This document shows positions 1 to 11,771 of a stretch of DNA of 64,000 bases, in pieces. The notes beneath the pieces were generated by a model. It worked only from the letters and a program-made list of their open reading frames with translations, did not search any database and was not told where the DNA came from. The DNA lies in assembly GCF_006345805.1 (NCBI RefSeq), contig NC_043001.1, positions 102,300,001-102,364,000 on the forward strand, given 5' to 3'. Source of the DNA: Octopus sinensis. Lineage: Eukaryota. The position numbers and the translations under genes were made by a program. The number at the start of each line of letters is the position of its first letter. Positions within the stretch are counted from its first letter, which is position 1.

Positions 1-240
1 TATATTTATTTATTTATACATGTGTGTGTAAATAAGCTAAGGAGCTAAGAGAAACAACTCCCAGTAGCCAGTTGAATGAATTTAGATGATGAGGAAAGGT
101 GTATGGAATACTATACAAGACAAGTTATTGATTAAATGAAACTATTTGCTTCAAAAGAAAGCAAACAAATACCTAATGGCTTTTACAACAACTCCAAATG
201 AAATAGGGAGATAATCTCAATGATTCAGCAACAAGTGCAA

Positions 241-604
241 GTGTGGCTGTGTGGTAAGAAGTTTGCTTCCTAACCACAGGTCCTGGGCTCAGTCCCACTG
301 TATGACACCATGGACAAATGTCTTCTACTGTAGCCCTGGGTCAATCAAAGCTGTGTGAGTGGATTTGGTAAACAGAAGGTGAAAGAAACCTGTCATGAAT
401 ATGTGTGTGCATGCACACGTGTGTCTTTGTCCCGTGTCACTGCTTGTCAACCGGTGTTATGCTTGGATTAGCAAAAAATGATCAACAGAATAAGCACGAG
501 GCTTAAAACAAAACAAAAAAAAAGAAAATGTCTTGGGGTTGAGTCATTTGACTAAAGGCACTGCCCCAGCATGGCCACAGTCTCATGACTGAAACAAATA
601 AAAG
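241..604 (+). mobile_element. Composite tRNA-derived SINE with CORE-like domain (family A)
   Basis: Head gtgtggtaagaagtttgcttcc...ggctcagtcccactg, a CA/TG microsatellite linker, and a second module ending ccagcatggccacagtctcatgactgaaac; the same sequence recurs many times in the window. Confidence 0.75.
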
Positions 605-1275
605 AAAAACAGAACTCTGCTGAATGAACATGCCATTACGGGAAATACAGTGTTTCTTTTTCAAACATCAAGAGGACACTGGTGAATATGCATGTTGCTG
701 CCTCGACAGGCATTGAGTGTCTGTTGGGATTGTGTGGTAGTTGTAAATGAGTGCCACTGTTATACAAGCAGTAATATTCATTTCCAATACTCACTGGAAT
801 CTTGTCCAACCTTGGGGTAATATTACCTTTCTTGGAAACAGGTGAGGTTTGACAACAGGAAGGGCATCCAGCTGTGGAAAATCTGCCTCAAATAATTGTG
901 GGAAATAGACATTAAATGATGGACACACACACACATGTATGTAGATATAAACACATGCACACACACGTCTTTATATACCTGTTACATCCATAAGATATAG
1001 GTTATCACAAGTCTTTGAGAGAAATAACAAACATAGGAATGGAGTAAACTAGAGCTGAAACTATAAAACATTTCAGCGGATCATGAGGAAAAAAAGACAA
1101 TAAGTAAGAAAAAAAAATGATGATAAGGATAATAATAGTTATTCTACATCAGTGGTTCCTAACCTGGGTAGTGACCACCCCTTATGAGTATTATGAATTT
1201 ACAAGGAAACAGTAGAATATCAAGAATGTGCTGAGAGTTTAGAGTAATCAGGATTCTTCTTACTAATAAAATATT

Positions 1276-1490
1276 CTATTCTACTCTAGGCACAAGGCCC
1301 GAAATTTTTTGGGGAGGGGGCCAGTCAATTAGATTGACCCCAGTATGCAACTGGTACTTAACTTATCGACCCTGAAAGGATGAAAGGCAAAGTCGACCTC
1401 AGCAGAATTTGAACTCAGAATGTAAAGACAGATGAAATATGGCTTAGCATTTTGCCCGACGTGCTAACGTTTCTGCCACCTCACCGCCTT
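1276..1490 (-). mobile_element. tRNA-derived SINE with Meta-like central domain (family B), with TSD
   Basis: Minus strand reads aaggcggtgaggtggcagaaacgttagcac...gaggtcgactttgcctttcatcctttc...taagtaccag. It is flanked by the direct repeat cttcttactaataaaatatt (1256-1275 and 1488-1507). Confidence 0.85.
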
Positions 1491-2699
1491 CTTACTAATA
1501 AAATATTAAAACAGAGAATAACACATATATTCTAAGCACATTTTCAAAATATCTTCGTAATCTTGTGAGCAGAACCAAGGTCCAAAAACATTTCTTTAAA
1601 TAAGTCTTCGCTTTCTCTAGCAATTTCTATAAAAATCTAACACAAGGAAAAACTAGCCCATGCAAATAGCTATAAGTGACACATGGTGGGTGGGATATGA
1701 GAAGCACAATAGATAGAAAATACCAAAAGCACTGCACAAAATTAACTTCAGTCTGATTAAAATAGTGTGCAGGAGTTTTTTTCTTTTTACCTTGAGCATG
1801 ATGTGGGTGGAGCGAAACATGGGGAAGGAGCATTTGTAAAATATTATTCAATGGACAGGAATACTGAGCCATTTAGAATCACCATTTTATAGCATTAGTT
1901 CGGTTCTGTACTGAAACCACCTACTTGTAACAGTAAATCAACAGATAGTGATTAGCTTATAAATCATGGCAGTAGGGACCAAGTTGTAATGTTTAACAAA
2001 ACTCTCTTGTAATAAAGAACTAAAAACATTGGCTTAAGAGAATGTTGCTTTATTTTATTTAATCTTTGAACAAAAGAAACAGTCTTGTGACTACAATAAT
2101 TTAGGAGAGAAAGCATGAAATTGGATTATGGAGGGGGTGGGGGGAAACTGTTAGCACAACACTTGCTAGCAATACACAACCAGTTTTGATAGTCTGCTGT
2201 TGCTGCAAAAATGGAATCAATGCAAGAAGATGGAAGAAGTTGTGATAATTAAGAAAATAACTAACTAATCTTGAAAATTTAATCTCACAAGTTGAAGAAA
2301 AAGCAAGAATGAATAAATACTTGACAACAGATTGATTAAGCAAAAACAAGCAAATTTGGCAAGAAAAAAAAAGAGAAAAGAGGTTGCAATGACACTTCTG
2401 TGACACAGAACATAAACCTGAAGCCATTTCGAGTGAATCAAGTCATCAATTAATGCAGTAGTAAATGTGTGGAATTAACAAAAATCAATGTAATAACACT
2501 TTAGGTATTAAGAGTAAATCAAACAGTGGAGTTCTAATGTAACTTCTTAATTGAGAGAAGAGTCTACATGAATGAAGATATATTTCCAACCTCCTCTTGC
2601 TGTTGAAGTGGCACAAAAGCTGTCGTAGACACAAGAAGGTTTCTGTTTTGATGTGAAGACATCGATATACTTATTACAGGAGAGGTGAACTAATACTTA

Positions 2700-2712
2700 C
2701 ACACACACACAC

Positions 2713-2762
<50 letters not shown>

Positions 2763-3045
2763 CATATATATATATACATATATATATATACATATATATA
2801 TATGTATATATATACATATATATATATATAATATACATATATATACAAATACATATATATACATACATACATACATACACACATACATATATATATATAC
2901 ACATACATACATACATATATACACATACATACATATATACACATACATACATATATATATAGATATATACATACATACATACATATATATACATAAATAT
3001 ATACATACGTACATACATACATATATATACATACATACATATATA
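2700..3045. repeat. Compound (CA)n/(TA)n/(TACA)n microsatellite, ~345 bp
   Basis: Directly visible; it is the source of the spurious MYVY-type ORFs. Confidence 0.97.
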
Positions 3046-3440
3046 ACAGCTTTAATTGACAATGGGCAGGCAATCTGCTGAACACAGCATTTTCTGGTGA
3101 AGGTCATACAATGGAACACTTAACATAAGTATAAAGTATAATGTGAGAGATTAATAGATCTAGCTCTTCAATATATATACCAATATGTATATATTTGAAT
3201 GTTTTTTTTCTTTTTTTGAGAACAAAGTATGAAGGGCTAGAAATATCAAGGATGGATTTGGGAGTGTTACTCATTCAAACAAACTGCAAGGAACTCACAT
3301 GAAACTATGGAAACTAAAATAGTTGTTTGTAATACAAGCCTTTAAACAAAGCTGTTCTTCAAATAAACAAATACAGTAAGATGTATTTTAACTCTCGGGT
3401 AGTGTTTAGATGATACATACAGACACATGTATATATTATT

Positions 3441-3770
3441 GTCATCATCATTTCATGTCTAGTATGGGTTAGATGGTTTGAGTAGAACTGGTAAGGTCAA
3501 GAGCCACTCCAGGCTCCATTGTTTCTTTTGGCATGGTTTCTATGGCTAGATGCACTTCCTAATGCCTACCACTCTACAGAGTGTACTGGGTGCTTTTTAT
3601 GTGGCACCAGCACCAGTGCTTTTAACGTGGCACTAGCACGAATACTTTTTACGTGGCACAAACACTGGTATGAATTCTGCTGTGGTGGTCAGGTCTTCTT
3701 GGGTACAGCAATGTGCCAGATATCTTGATCCTTAGTCATCTCCTTCAATAGACTCTCTCAAATGTTCAGG
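3441..3770 (-). mobile_element. 5'-truncated old RTE copy (3' end with (GAT)n tail)
   Basis: Reverse complement of the recurring tail (tcatcatca...ctagatgcacttcctaatgcctaccactct...gggtgcttttt). Confidence 0.7.
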
Positions 3771-3780
3771 ATATGTCCTT

Positions 3781-5145
3781 GAGGTTGTGGATAGTTTCTA
3801 TTACCTAGGTGACCAAACTAGCATTGGTGGAGGGTGTTCTGAAAGTAGTGTTGCTAGAAAAAGAATGAAATGGAGGAATTTCAGAGAGCTGGTACCCCTG
3901 TTGACAACAAAAGGCTTCTATCTCAGAGTGAAAGGCAGATTGTATGATGCGTCTGTATGAACAGCTTTGCTCCATGGTAGTGAGCCCTAAATGCAGATGG
4001 CAAGTGCAAACTAGAGAGGAGTAAAGCCAGTACACTTTAATGGATGTGCAACATCAGTGTGCATGTGTGACAAAGAGCAAATGTATTGAGAGAGTAAAGT
4101 TGAGCAGGAGAGGAATCAGATGAAGCATGCAATAAAGGTGGCTGTAACAGTTTGGACATGTGACGCATATGAATGAAAGCAACTGTATAAAGAAGTGCTG
4201 ATCACTTGAAGTGGATAGCACCTGTTGAAGAGGGAGAGCAAGGGTGACCTGGGTTGCAGTAGTGAGGGCCAATCTCAAGATGCTGGGCGTCACATAGGAG
4301 CTGACAGTGTCTGGTGATATGAGGTTCTTCAGAAGACCTGCCCACCTCAGCAAAACTGAGTTCTGGAAGTGCTGTGTATTCCACACACCTGTCACAAATA
4401 CACGTACCCGACACCAATAAACCAAACTAAATCTCCTCTTATCCATGCTCTATGCTTATCTCTCTTTCCCCAGTCTTGCAGCCCTATTCTGTTGCCCACT
4501 TCCCCACCCCCATAAACCCATGTTTCACTACTCATTCCATTCCCTCCCCTCTTTCTGCACTTCTATGACCTCCCTTTTCACTCACCTTGGGCAATCCTCA
4601 TCTATCCTTTATATTCACATCCTTGTGCCTTGAGAGTATGCCCCTGGCAAATCACCACCATCTCTCTTGTCCTCTCTCTCCCTCCCTCCCCACCCTCAAC
4701 TGGGGTGACTATGTATTTCCTCTGCAACAAGACACCTGCTTCTGCCTGTCTTTTATACTCTAACCGCTCCTCACCTGGCACAAAGCAACCTCCTTAACTA
4801 CCCTTAATACTCACAAGGGACCTCTGTCTTGCAAGTTACTTGGTGACCTCACCAGTTCTGGTGCCATGTAAAAAGTACCCAGTCCACTCTGTATAGTGGC
4901 TGGTATTAGGAAGGGCATCCAACCATGAAACCCATGCCAAAGCAAACCTCGCTAGTGCTGGTGTCATGTAAAAAAAAAAAAAACAATCACCCAGTTCACT
5001 CTGTATAGTGGTTGGTGTTAGGAAGGGCATCCAACTGTGAAAACCACGCCAAAGTAGGCTGCGAGCTTCGTGCAACCCTCTGGCTTACCAACTAATGTCA
5101 AACCATCGAACCCATACTAGCATGGCAGACAGATGCTAAATGATG
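3781..5145 (+). mobile_element. 5'-truncated old RTE copy: decayed ORF C-terminus, pyrimidine-rich 3' UTR and duplicated tail unit
   Basis: Decayed translation EVVDSFYYLGDQ...ELVPLLTTKGFYLRVKGRLYDA; C/T-rich stretch 4440-4790; two copies of the ggtgttaggaagggcatcca unit; ends ctaaatgatg. Confidence 0.8.
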
Positions 5146-5577
5146 TGCGTATGTGTCTGTGTATGGTTGTATCTCTTTATAAACGTGTATGCCAGTGCAA
5201 AACAAAGTGGAGAAAACAGCATTCAAACAGCAAAGCCAAAGTTGAAAGTAGAGCATTTTATTGAAGCAGTAAAATTTCACAAACTATTATTCCTCACATT
5301 TATAGCAGAACTTATTTACTGCCTCCAGTGAGTAATCATGCTAATCTACAATCTTTAGTTCATAGCTATTCCGCTTACAAGCCATCTGAGTGCAGCTGAT
5401 GTACCTAAACCCATCTCTCTTGCTATCTTTTCTCTATTCTTTACTTCTATCCGCTGCTGAGGACTCATCTGCTTCTCTGTCCCCACCGGCTCCTTTACCT
5501 GTTGCTATAGGCAATCTGTGGCCCATGCTGTGGCTATTTAGTATTTTAGTTTTAGCTAATCTGTAGGATTAACATAT

Positions 5578-5790
5578 ATATGGCTATGTGATAAGCAGTT
5601 TGCTTTCCAACCACATGGTTCTGGGTTCAGTCCCACTGCATAGCACCCTGGGTAAATGTTTTCTAGTATAACTCTGGGCTAATCAAAGCCTTGTGAATGG
5701 GATTTGGTAGACAGAAACTAAAAGAAGCTTGTTATATGTATGTCCGTCTGTCTGTCCTTGTCTTGACATTGTGTCATAGTTGTAAACAAG
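5578..5790 (+). mobile_element. Family A SINE, 5' module
   Basis: tggctatgtgataagcagtttgctttccaaccacatggttctgggttcagtcccactg...gaaactaaaagaagc. Confidence 0.75.
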
Positions 5791-5989
5791 TGTTACTGTC
5801 AAACCTGTCTGGCTATATTAATGCCTAGCATTAATGTCGGTGTGTTGTGTGCATGGGTGGGGGGTGAGCGTGTGCAAACACCCACACCTACATGCATGCA
5901 TGTAAGTATCCAAGGTCGATATAGCAATCTTGGCCCTACAATAGATCAAATGCTTTGAGTTTCTAACTCAACATCAGGTTCATATCACA

Positions 5990-6400
5990 CTGCTCTGGAA
6001 TGGACATGCGATGTGTAGGGATGAGGACAGCTGGAAAGAAGTGCAAAGGACTAAATGTGGTGAAGCCTGACCTCAGGATAAAGAGATGATAAAGGGCCAA
6101 GATGACTAAGAGATTAAGGGACTAAGAGATGATAAAGGACCAAAGAGACTAAGAGATGATAAAGGGCCAAGATGACTGATACACAGATCTTGAGAAAGTC
6201 CACCTAGTTTGGTGCAACTGAGTTCTGGAAACACTGTGTGTGTATCATCATTAATTAATGTCCATTGTCTATGCTGACATGGGTTGGACAGTTTGATCAG
6301 GGGTGGTAAGCTGAGTGGCTGCACCAGCCCTGGTCAAATCATCCAACCCATGCCAGCATGGACAACAGATGTTAAACAACGATGAAGATGATGATGATGA
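5990..6400 (+). mobile_element. Old RTE 3' fragment(s) with internal tandem repeat and (GAT)n tail
   Basis: tggacatgcgatgtgtagggatgagg (WxGHVxRM-like) and the tail ccaacccatgccagcatgg...gatgatgatg. Confidence 0.6.
6081..6177. repeat. Imperfect ~27-nt tandem repeat (aagagatgataaagggccaagatgact), about 3.5 copies
   Basis: Directly visible. Confidence 0.85.
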
Positions 6401-8134
6401 TAAACAAATGGGCACTGACCTAACCTACTCAGATCATCTCCCTCTCCAGTATCATCTCTCTTGTACTGCAGCTCTCCCTTGCTAACTTGTTACTTTTCTT
6501 GTAACACAAAACCATCTCAATTCACAACCATGCTTTAACCATTAATATTGCTCTCTCCATGAACACATTACATTGATCATTTATGTCTACACCACACTGA
6601 ACCGCCAAATTATCTCTCCTGCAGCCAACCCAACGTCATGCCATCTCTCTCTCTCTCTCTCTCTCTCATCCTTTCCCCATCAACTCTATCATCATTACCA
6701 TCCTGCTGCTCTCCTTCGCTCTCTTCTACATGCATCATTGGTCATCTTCCACCCCTTATCCACCCTTCAACCCTACCCTACGGTTGTGGCCTACATCCTC
6801 TCTCTTCTCCAATTCCTTGCTCTCCCATACACTTTTGCAAACTCTGAATCCACATTTTTGGCTCCTCTTCTACTCATTTTGTACATTAAGGGACCACTAC
6901 TAATCTCATCACCACTATTTATGCCTGTGCAGCTCCGCAAAAGAAACGAAAAAACAGACTCTGGCCCCTTCTCTCACACTTTAACTCCTTCTCTCCAAGC
7001 ATCAAGCCAACCTTTACCTTGGTCCATAGCCTTGTCAGCTGCATCGCAACTTCAGCAACGAATGCTAAAAAGTGGCATCCGACAATAGAAACCCTGCCAA
7101 AGCAGACACTCGAACAAGATGGGTCCACTGGATCCTGTTAAAACTGTCCAACCGATACAAGCATAACACACGGATGTTAAACGCTGCTGATGCACAATGT
7201 TTATATAAATCAACTTTGAAAAAAAACAAAAAAACTAGAGAAAAAAACAAAAATGCAAATAAAAAACACCGCTAACAAAATAACAAGAACCATTTATGCC
7301 TACTTTACCATATAAGGGAAGACCTGTGTTGACTTTTATAGGACTAAATAAATATCCAGCGTGAGAGAGATCAATGAAAGGAAGACATTGAGAATAGATG
7401 AGCAAAAAACAAAGAGAAAAGAAAGAGACAAAGAAGGTAAAATAAAGAGATCTGACATGACTTAATTGATGATTAAAATATTTAATCTATAGTTAAAGAT
7501 ATTAATATATGATAATCATTAGACAACACTCTTCCTACCTCACCTTCTGTATTATTTAAATTAAAAACAAAACAATGAAGATACTACTGTTAAAGTAAAC
7601 TTAACTCATTGCTTTTTAATTAGTAAATTAATAATTGTCCAAATTTATATTAATTAAAATCCTATCTGTGAAATACAATATTTATTATTATATCAATTTC
7701 TTCTCAGCACAATAACCAAGTGAATTTCAAGCAAAATCATCCACTTGTACTGACAATGTGTATGTGCGTGTGTGTACACACACACACACACACACAGACA
7801 TCATCATCATATTGAATTAGAAAGAAGTTCAGTTATTTATCTACATTTTTATGGAGTTTGTATTGCATTATACTTCTTTATAATTATTATATGCTAATTT
7901 GAAACATTTGGGACATATTTTTGCTGTATAAATTGTTTTAACAAAAAAGAAAAAACGATTTCTTTACAATTCTTTCTATGTTAATATATTGATCAAAATA
8001 AAAGTTAAAATGAGAGGACTAGTTCTAATGCAACGTCCTTTGGCATTCAGATTACTCTGTCAAACAGAATGCTTATTCATTCCCTTGGTTTTAAATTAAT
8101 CCTGCATCATCTTGTAGCTTTGAGATTTTGATCA

Positions 8135-8305
8135 TGTCATCATCAATCATCATCATTGTTTAATGTCCACTTTCCAGGCTGGCATGGGTTGTATGGTTTG
8201 ACTGAGGACTGGCAAGCCAGGAAGCTGCACCAGGCTCCAGTCTGATTTGTCAAGGTTTCTGCAGCTGGATGCCCTTCCTAATGCCAATCACTCTGAGAGT
8301 GTAGG
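8135..8305 (-). mobile_element. RTE-tail repeat with (GAT)n tail
   Basis: catcatcattgtttaatgtcc...gcagctggatgcccttcctaatgccaatcactctg. Confidence 0.75.
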
Positions 8306-8576
8306 GGGTTCCAATAGTGTAGTTGCATATTTTGGGAATGACATTATAGGGTAGGTGCGAAAGACAGGATCTGGCTGGTTTGAACATAAAACTAGTGGAA
8401 TATTTAGGCTGGATATGACTGGTTTAAACGTTAAAAGGTTTAAGAAAGTTCTTGATCTACATTTTCAAATTTTGAATGAAAAAAGAGCAACACGTGTTTT
8501 AAGGCCATTTTACCAGCTCGGGCTAGAGGTAGCCTTGTGGGTCCCCTAAAAATTTTCTTCAATTGGCCCTATCTTC

Positions 8577-8980
8577 TACTTGTTTCAATAATTTGACTGT
8601 GGCCATGCTGGAGCACTGATTTAAAGGGTTCTAGTCGAAGAAATAGACCCCAAGACTTATTCTATTGGTCACTTTTGCCAAACTGGGGACACAAACAATA
8701 TCACTGTCAAACAGTGGAGTGGGGACAAACACAAAGACACACACACAGATATATATATATATATATATATATACATACACACACACACACACACACAAAA
8801 ATGTATACATATTTTATGCAACGGGCTTCTTTCAGTTTCCATCAACGAAATCCCCTCACAAGGTTTTGGTCAGCCTAGGGCAACAGTAGAGGACACTTGC
8901 CCAAGGTGCCACACAGTGGGACTGAACACAGAACCATATGTTCGAGAAACAAGCTTCTTATGACACAGCCACGCCTGTAC
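8577..8980 (-). mobile_element. Family A composite SINE, full length
   Basis: Both modules are present, with a (TA)n(CA)n linker at ~8735-8800. Confidence 0.8.
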
Positions 8981-9222
8981 TTATATGTCATGCCTGTGTC
9001 TACTTTAGTTTTACACTAATTTTACTAAACTTCTATATTTTATTCATAATGACATCATTATTATTATTACTAATAACCAAAGCTGATTTACATTTTCTCA
9101 GAAAATCCTTGTTCATAAAATCATAAAATAAATCTAAATCGTTCAAGGTACTAACAAAATCAGTGGAGATAATATCAGACATAAAGATTGTGAAATCTTT
9201 CTAAACTATCAGCTGAGCCATT

Positions 9223-10826
9223 TATTTCAGTCATTAGACTGTGGCCATGCTATAGCACTGCCTCGAAGAATTTTTCAACCTGGTACTTGTTCTATTGGTC
9301 TCCTTTTACAAACTGCTAAGTTTGGAGAGATAAGCACACCAATATCTGTTGGCAAGCAATGCAGAGGACAAACACAAGCACAAGGGCATACACACAGATA
9401 TATACATATATACACAGCTAAATACATAGACACACAGATATATACATATACATCATGATTGTTTAACATCCGTTTTCCATGCTAGCATGGGTTGGATGGT
9501 TCAACCAGGGTTTGGGAAGCCAGGAGGCTGCACCAGGCTCCAGTCTGGTCTGGCAGTGTTTCTACAGCTGGATGCCCTTCCTAACGCCAACCACTCCAAG
9601 AGTGTAATGGGTGCTTTTTACATGCCACCAGCACAGGGGCCAGAGAAGGCTGGCAATGGCCATGATCAGTTGGTGCTTTTTATGTGCACCAGCATGGAAG
9701 CCAGTCAAGGCGGTGCTGGCATCGGCCATGTTCTGATGGTGCTTTTTACGTGCCACTGGCATGGGTATCACAACTACAACTTCCATTTGATTTTTATTTT
9801 GATGTACTTGACTCAATAGGTCTCGTCAAGCACAGCAGGTCACCCTACAATCCACGGTACTTTTGAATAGGCTGGGGCTGGTTATGCGAAACTGGTGTAG
9901 GATATGACCGTGAACTCACTTTATTTGTCAGGTTTTCACAGTCACAGCATATCTCCAGAGATCTTGGTCTTTCGTCATTGCTTCTGTGAGGCCCAACATT
10001 CGAAGGTATGCTTGACCACCTCATCCCATGTCTTCCTGGGTCTACCTCTACCCCGAATTCCTTCAACTGTTTGGGAGTGGCACTTCTTCACACATCTCTC
10101 CTCATCCATCCATAGTACATGACCATACCAGTGCAAACATCTCTCTTGCATGCCACATCTGATGCTTCTTATGTCCAACATTTCTCTCGGGGCGCTTACA
10201 CTTTGTCGTGTGTGTACACTGACATTACACATCCAGCAGATCATGCTAGCTTAATTTCTTTTGAGCCTGCACATGTCTTCTGCAGTCACGGCCCATGTTT
10301 CACTGCCATGAAGCATGGCAGTTCGCACACATGCATTGTACAATCTACCTTTCTCTCTGAGTGAGAGGCCTTTTGTCACCAGTAGGGGTAGAAGCTTTCT
10401 AAACTTTACCCAGGCTATTCTTATTCTTGTGGTAACATTCTCTGAGCATCTATCCCCACTATTAACTTGATCACTTAGGTAGCGGAAGTTATCAACTACT
10501 TCTAGTTTCTCCTCCTGGAGTGTGACACACAGATATATACATATACACATAGATATATACATATACACACAGATATTTACATATACACACAGATATATAC
10601 ACATATACACAGATGTATACATATACACACAGCTGAATACATATACAGACAAATATATACATATACACACAGATATATGACGGGTTTCTTTCAGTTTCTG
10701 TGTACCAAATCCACACACAAAGATTTAGTTGGCCCAAGGCTAGAGTAGAAGATACTTGCCCAAGGACTGAACCTGGATCCATATGGTTGGGAGGGAAGCT
10801 TCTTACCAAACAGGCATGCCTGCACC
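9223..10826 (-). mobile_element. Family A composite SINE split by an RTE insertion (halves ~9223-9451 and ~10524-10826)
   Basis: The 3' module lies left and the 5' module right of the insertion; both abut an acacagatatatacatat minisatellite linker. Confidence 0.75.
9452..10523 (-). mobile_element. 5'-truncated RTE copy with 23-bp TSD
   Basis: Minus-strand ORF remnant KFRKLLPLLVTKGLSLREKGRLYNACVRTAMLHGSETW...GRGRPRKTW, followed by the 3' UTR and tail. The flanks are identical: gacacacagatatatacatatac (9429-9451 and 10524-10546). Confidence 0.88.
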
Positions 10827-11001
10827 TATAAAGAATTGTTTCGCAAAATGTATTACATACCTTATTGAGTAATAATCTTCTTGGTCATTGACTGAGATAC
10901 TTGCATGTGTGTGTGTGGTGTGTGTGTGTGTTAAATGTGAAAGCACATTTGAATGTTTACTCTTATATAGACACATGCACAAGTAGACACAAACATATCG
11001 T

Positions 11002-11005
<4 letters not shown>

Positions 11006-11068
<63 letters not shown>
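11006..11068. repeat. (AG)n microsatellite
   Basis: Directly visible; similar tracts at ~6643-6667, ~31983-32030, ~44490-44565 and ~63637-63662. Confidence 0.95.
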
Positions 11069-11070
<2 letters not shown>

Positions 11071-11429
11071 GGATGGCAAACACCATTGCAAAGTGATAAT
11101 AACTTGATGGCAAGTCCATGATCCATATTTAATTCTGACTCCCCAGTGTAGGGCTACTTGAAGCCTCATGCACACACACTTGACAAAGGCGACAACACTG
11201 AACAGTTTCCCATTTACTGCTCTTATAAAACCAGGGTTCCACATTGATTTAAAGAAATGATATTAGTTATAATGCAGAACCATAATAATTTTCACAAACT
11301 GACATTTCATAAAATCAAGATGGAAGTGAGAGGCAGCTGAAAGAAAACAACAACAGGAAGGCAACATGCAATCAAGGCAAAAAAATTCAGCACCAAATAT
11401 AACTGCAATTAACACCAGTTTTTACGCAC

Positions 11430-11531
11430 CAATTGCTCGAGGTCTTTTATCAGGATTCATGGTTAAAAGGCTCTGAATGGCAGCACAGGCTTCTTCTGAT
11501 AATACCTCATCTCCTTCAGGCCAAGGAATAT
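11430..11531 (-). CDS. MASTL: Internal coding exon of a Greatwall/MASTL-like Ser/Thr kinase (DIPWPEGDEVLSEEACAAIQSLLTMNPDKRPRAI)
   Basis: Minus strand reads ttattttcag|AT ATT CCT TGG CCT GAA GGA GAT GAG ... CGA GCA ATT G|gtgcgt: 102 nt, phase 1 at both ends, with a T-rich acceptor. The peptide matches the Greatwall segment I recall (human [34 protein letters not shown]; fly NIEWPEGDEALSVESMEAVELLLTMDPNERPAAK) better than MAST1-4. Confidence 0.82.
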
Positions 11532-11771
11532 CTGAAAATAAGTCCAATAAACCAACAATAATTACAAAAAAAATAAAATAAAGTCTGAATAAATATAAAA
11601 AATTAAAATAAACATTTTGCATTAAAAAAAATTTCCCATTGCAAAATCAATTACTCTCTAAGATGGGCAGCCATAAGGTGTAATTAGTCCATAGTTGATT
11701 ACTAAGAAACATTTCTTCGCTAATTTCCTCAAGCACTGATTCATTGCCTAATAAGGTTGGTTTTGCCTAAA

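Noticed and set aside
1627-1872. 81-aa ORF with an internal donor-like site (CAAG|gtaaaa at ~1790)
   Set aside because: In-frame stop immediately upstream of the ATG, no credible acceptor, no recognisable homology.
2674-3119. Long ORFs (MYVYICMY...) in the ORF track
   Set aside because: Translations of TA/TACA microsatellite; the same applies to the SLSL/ERER ORFs over (AG)n tracts.
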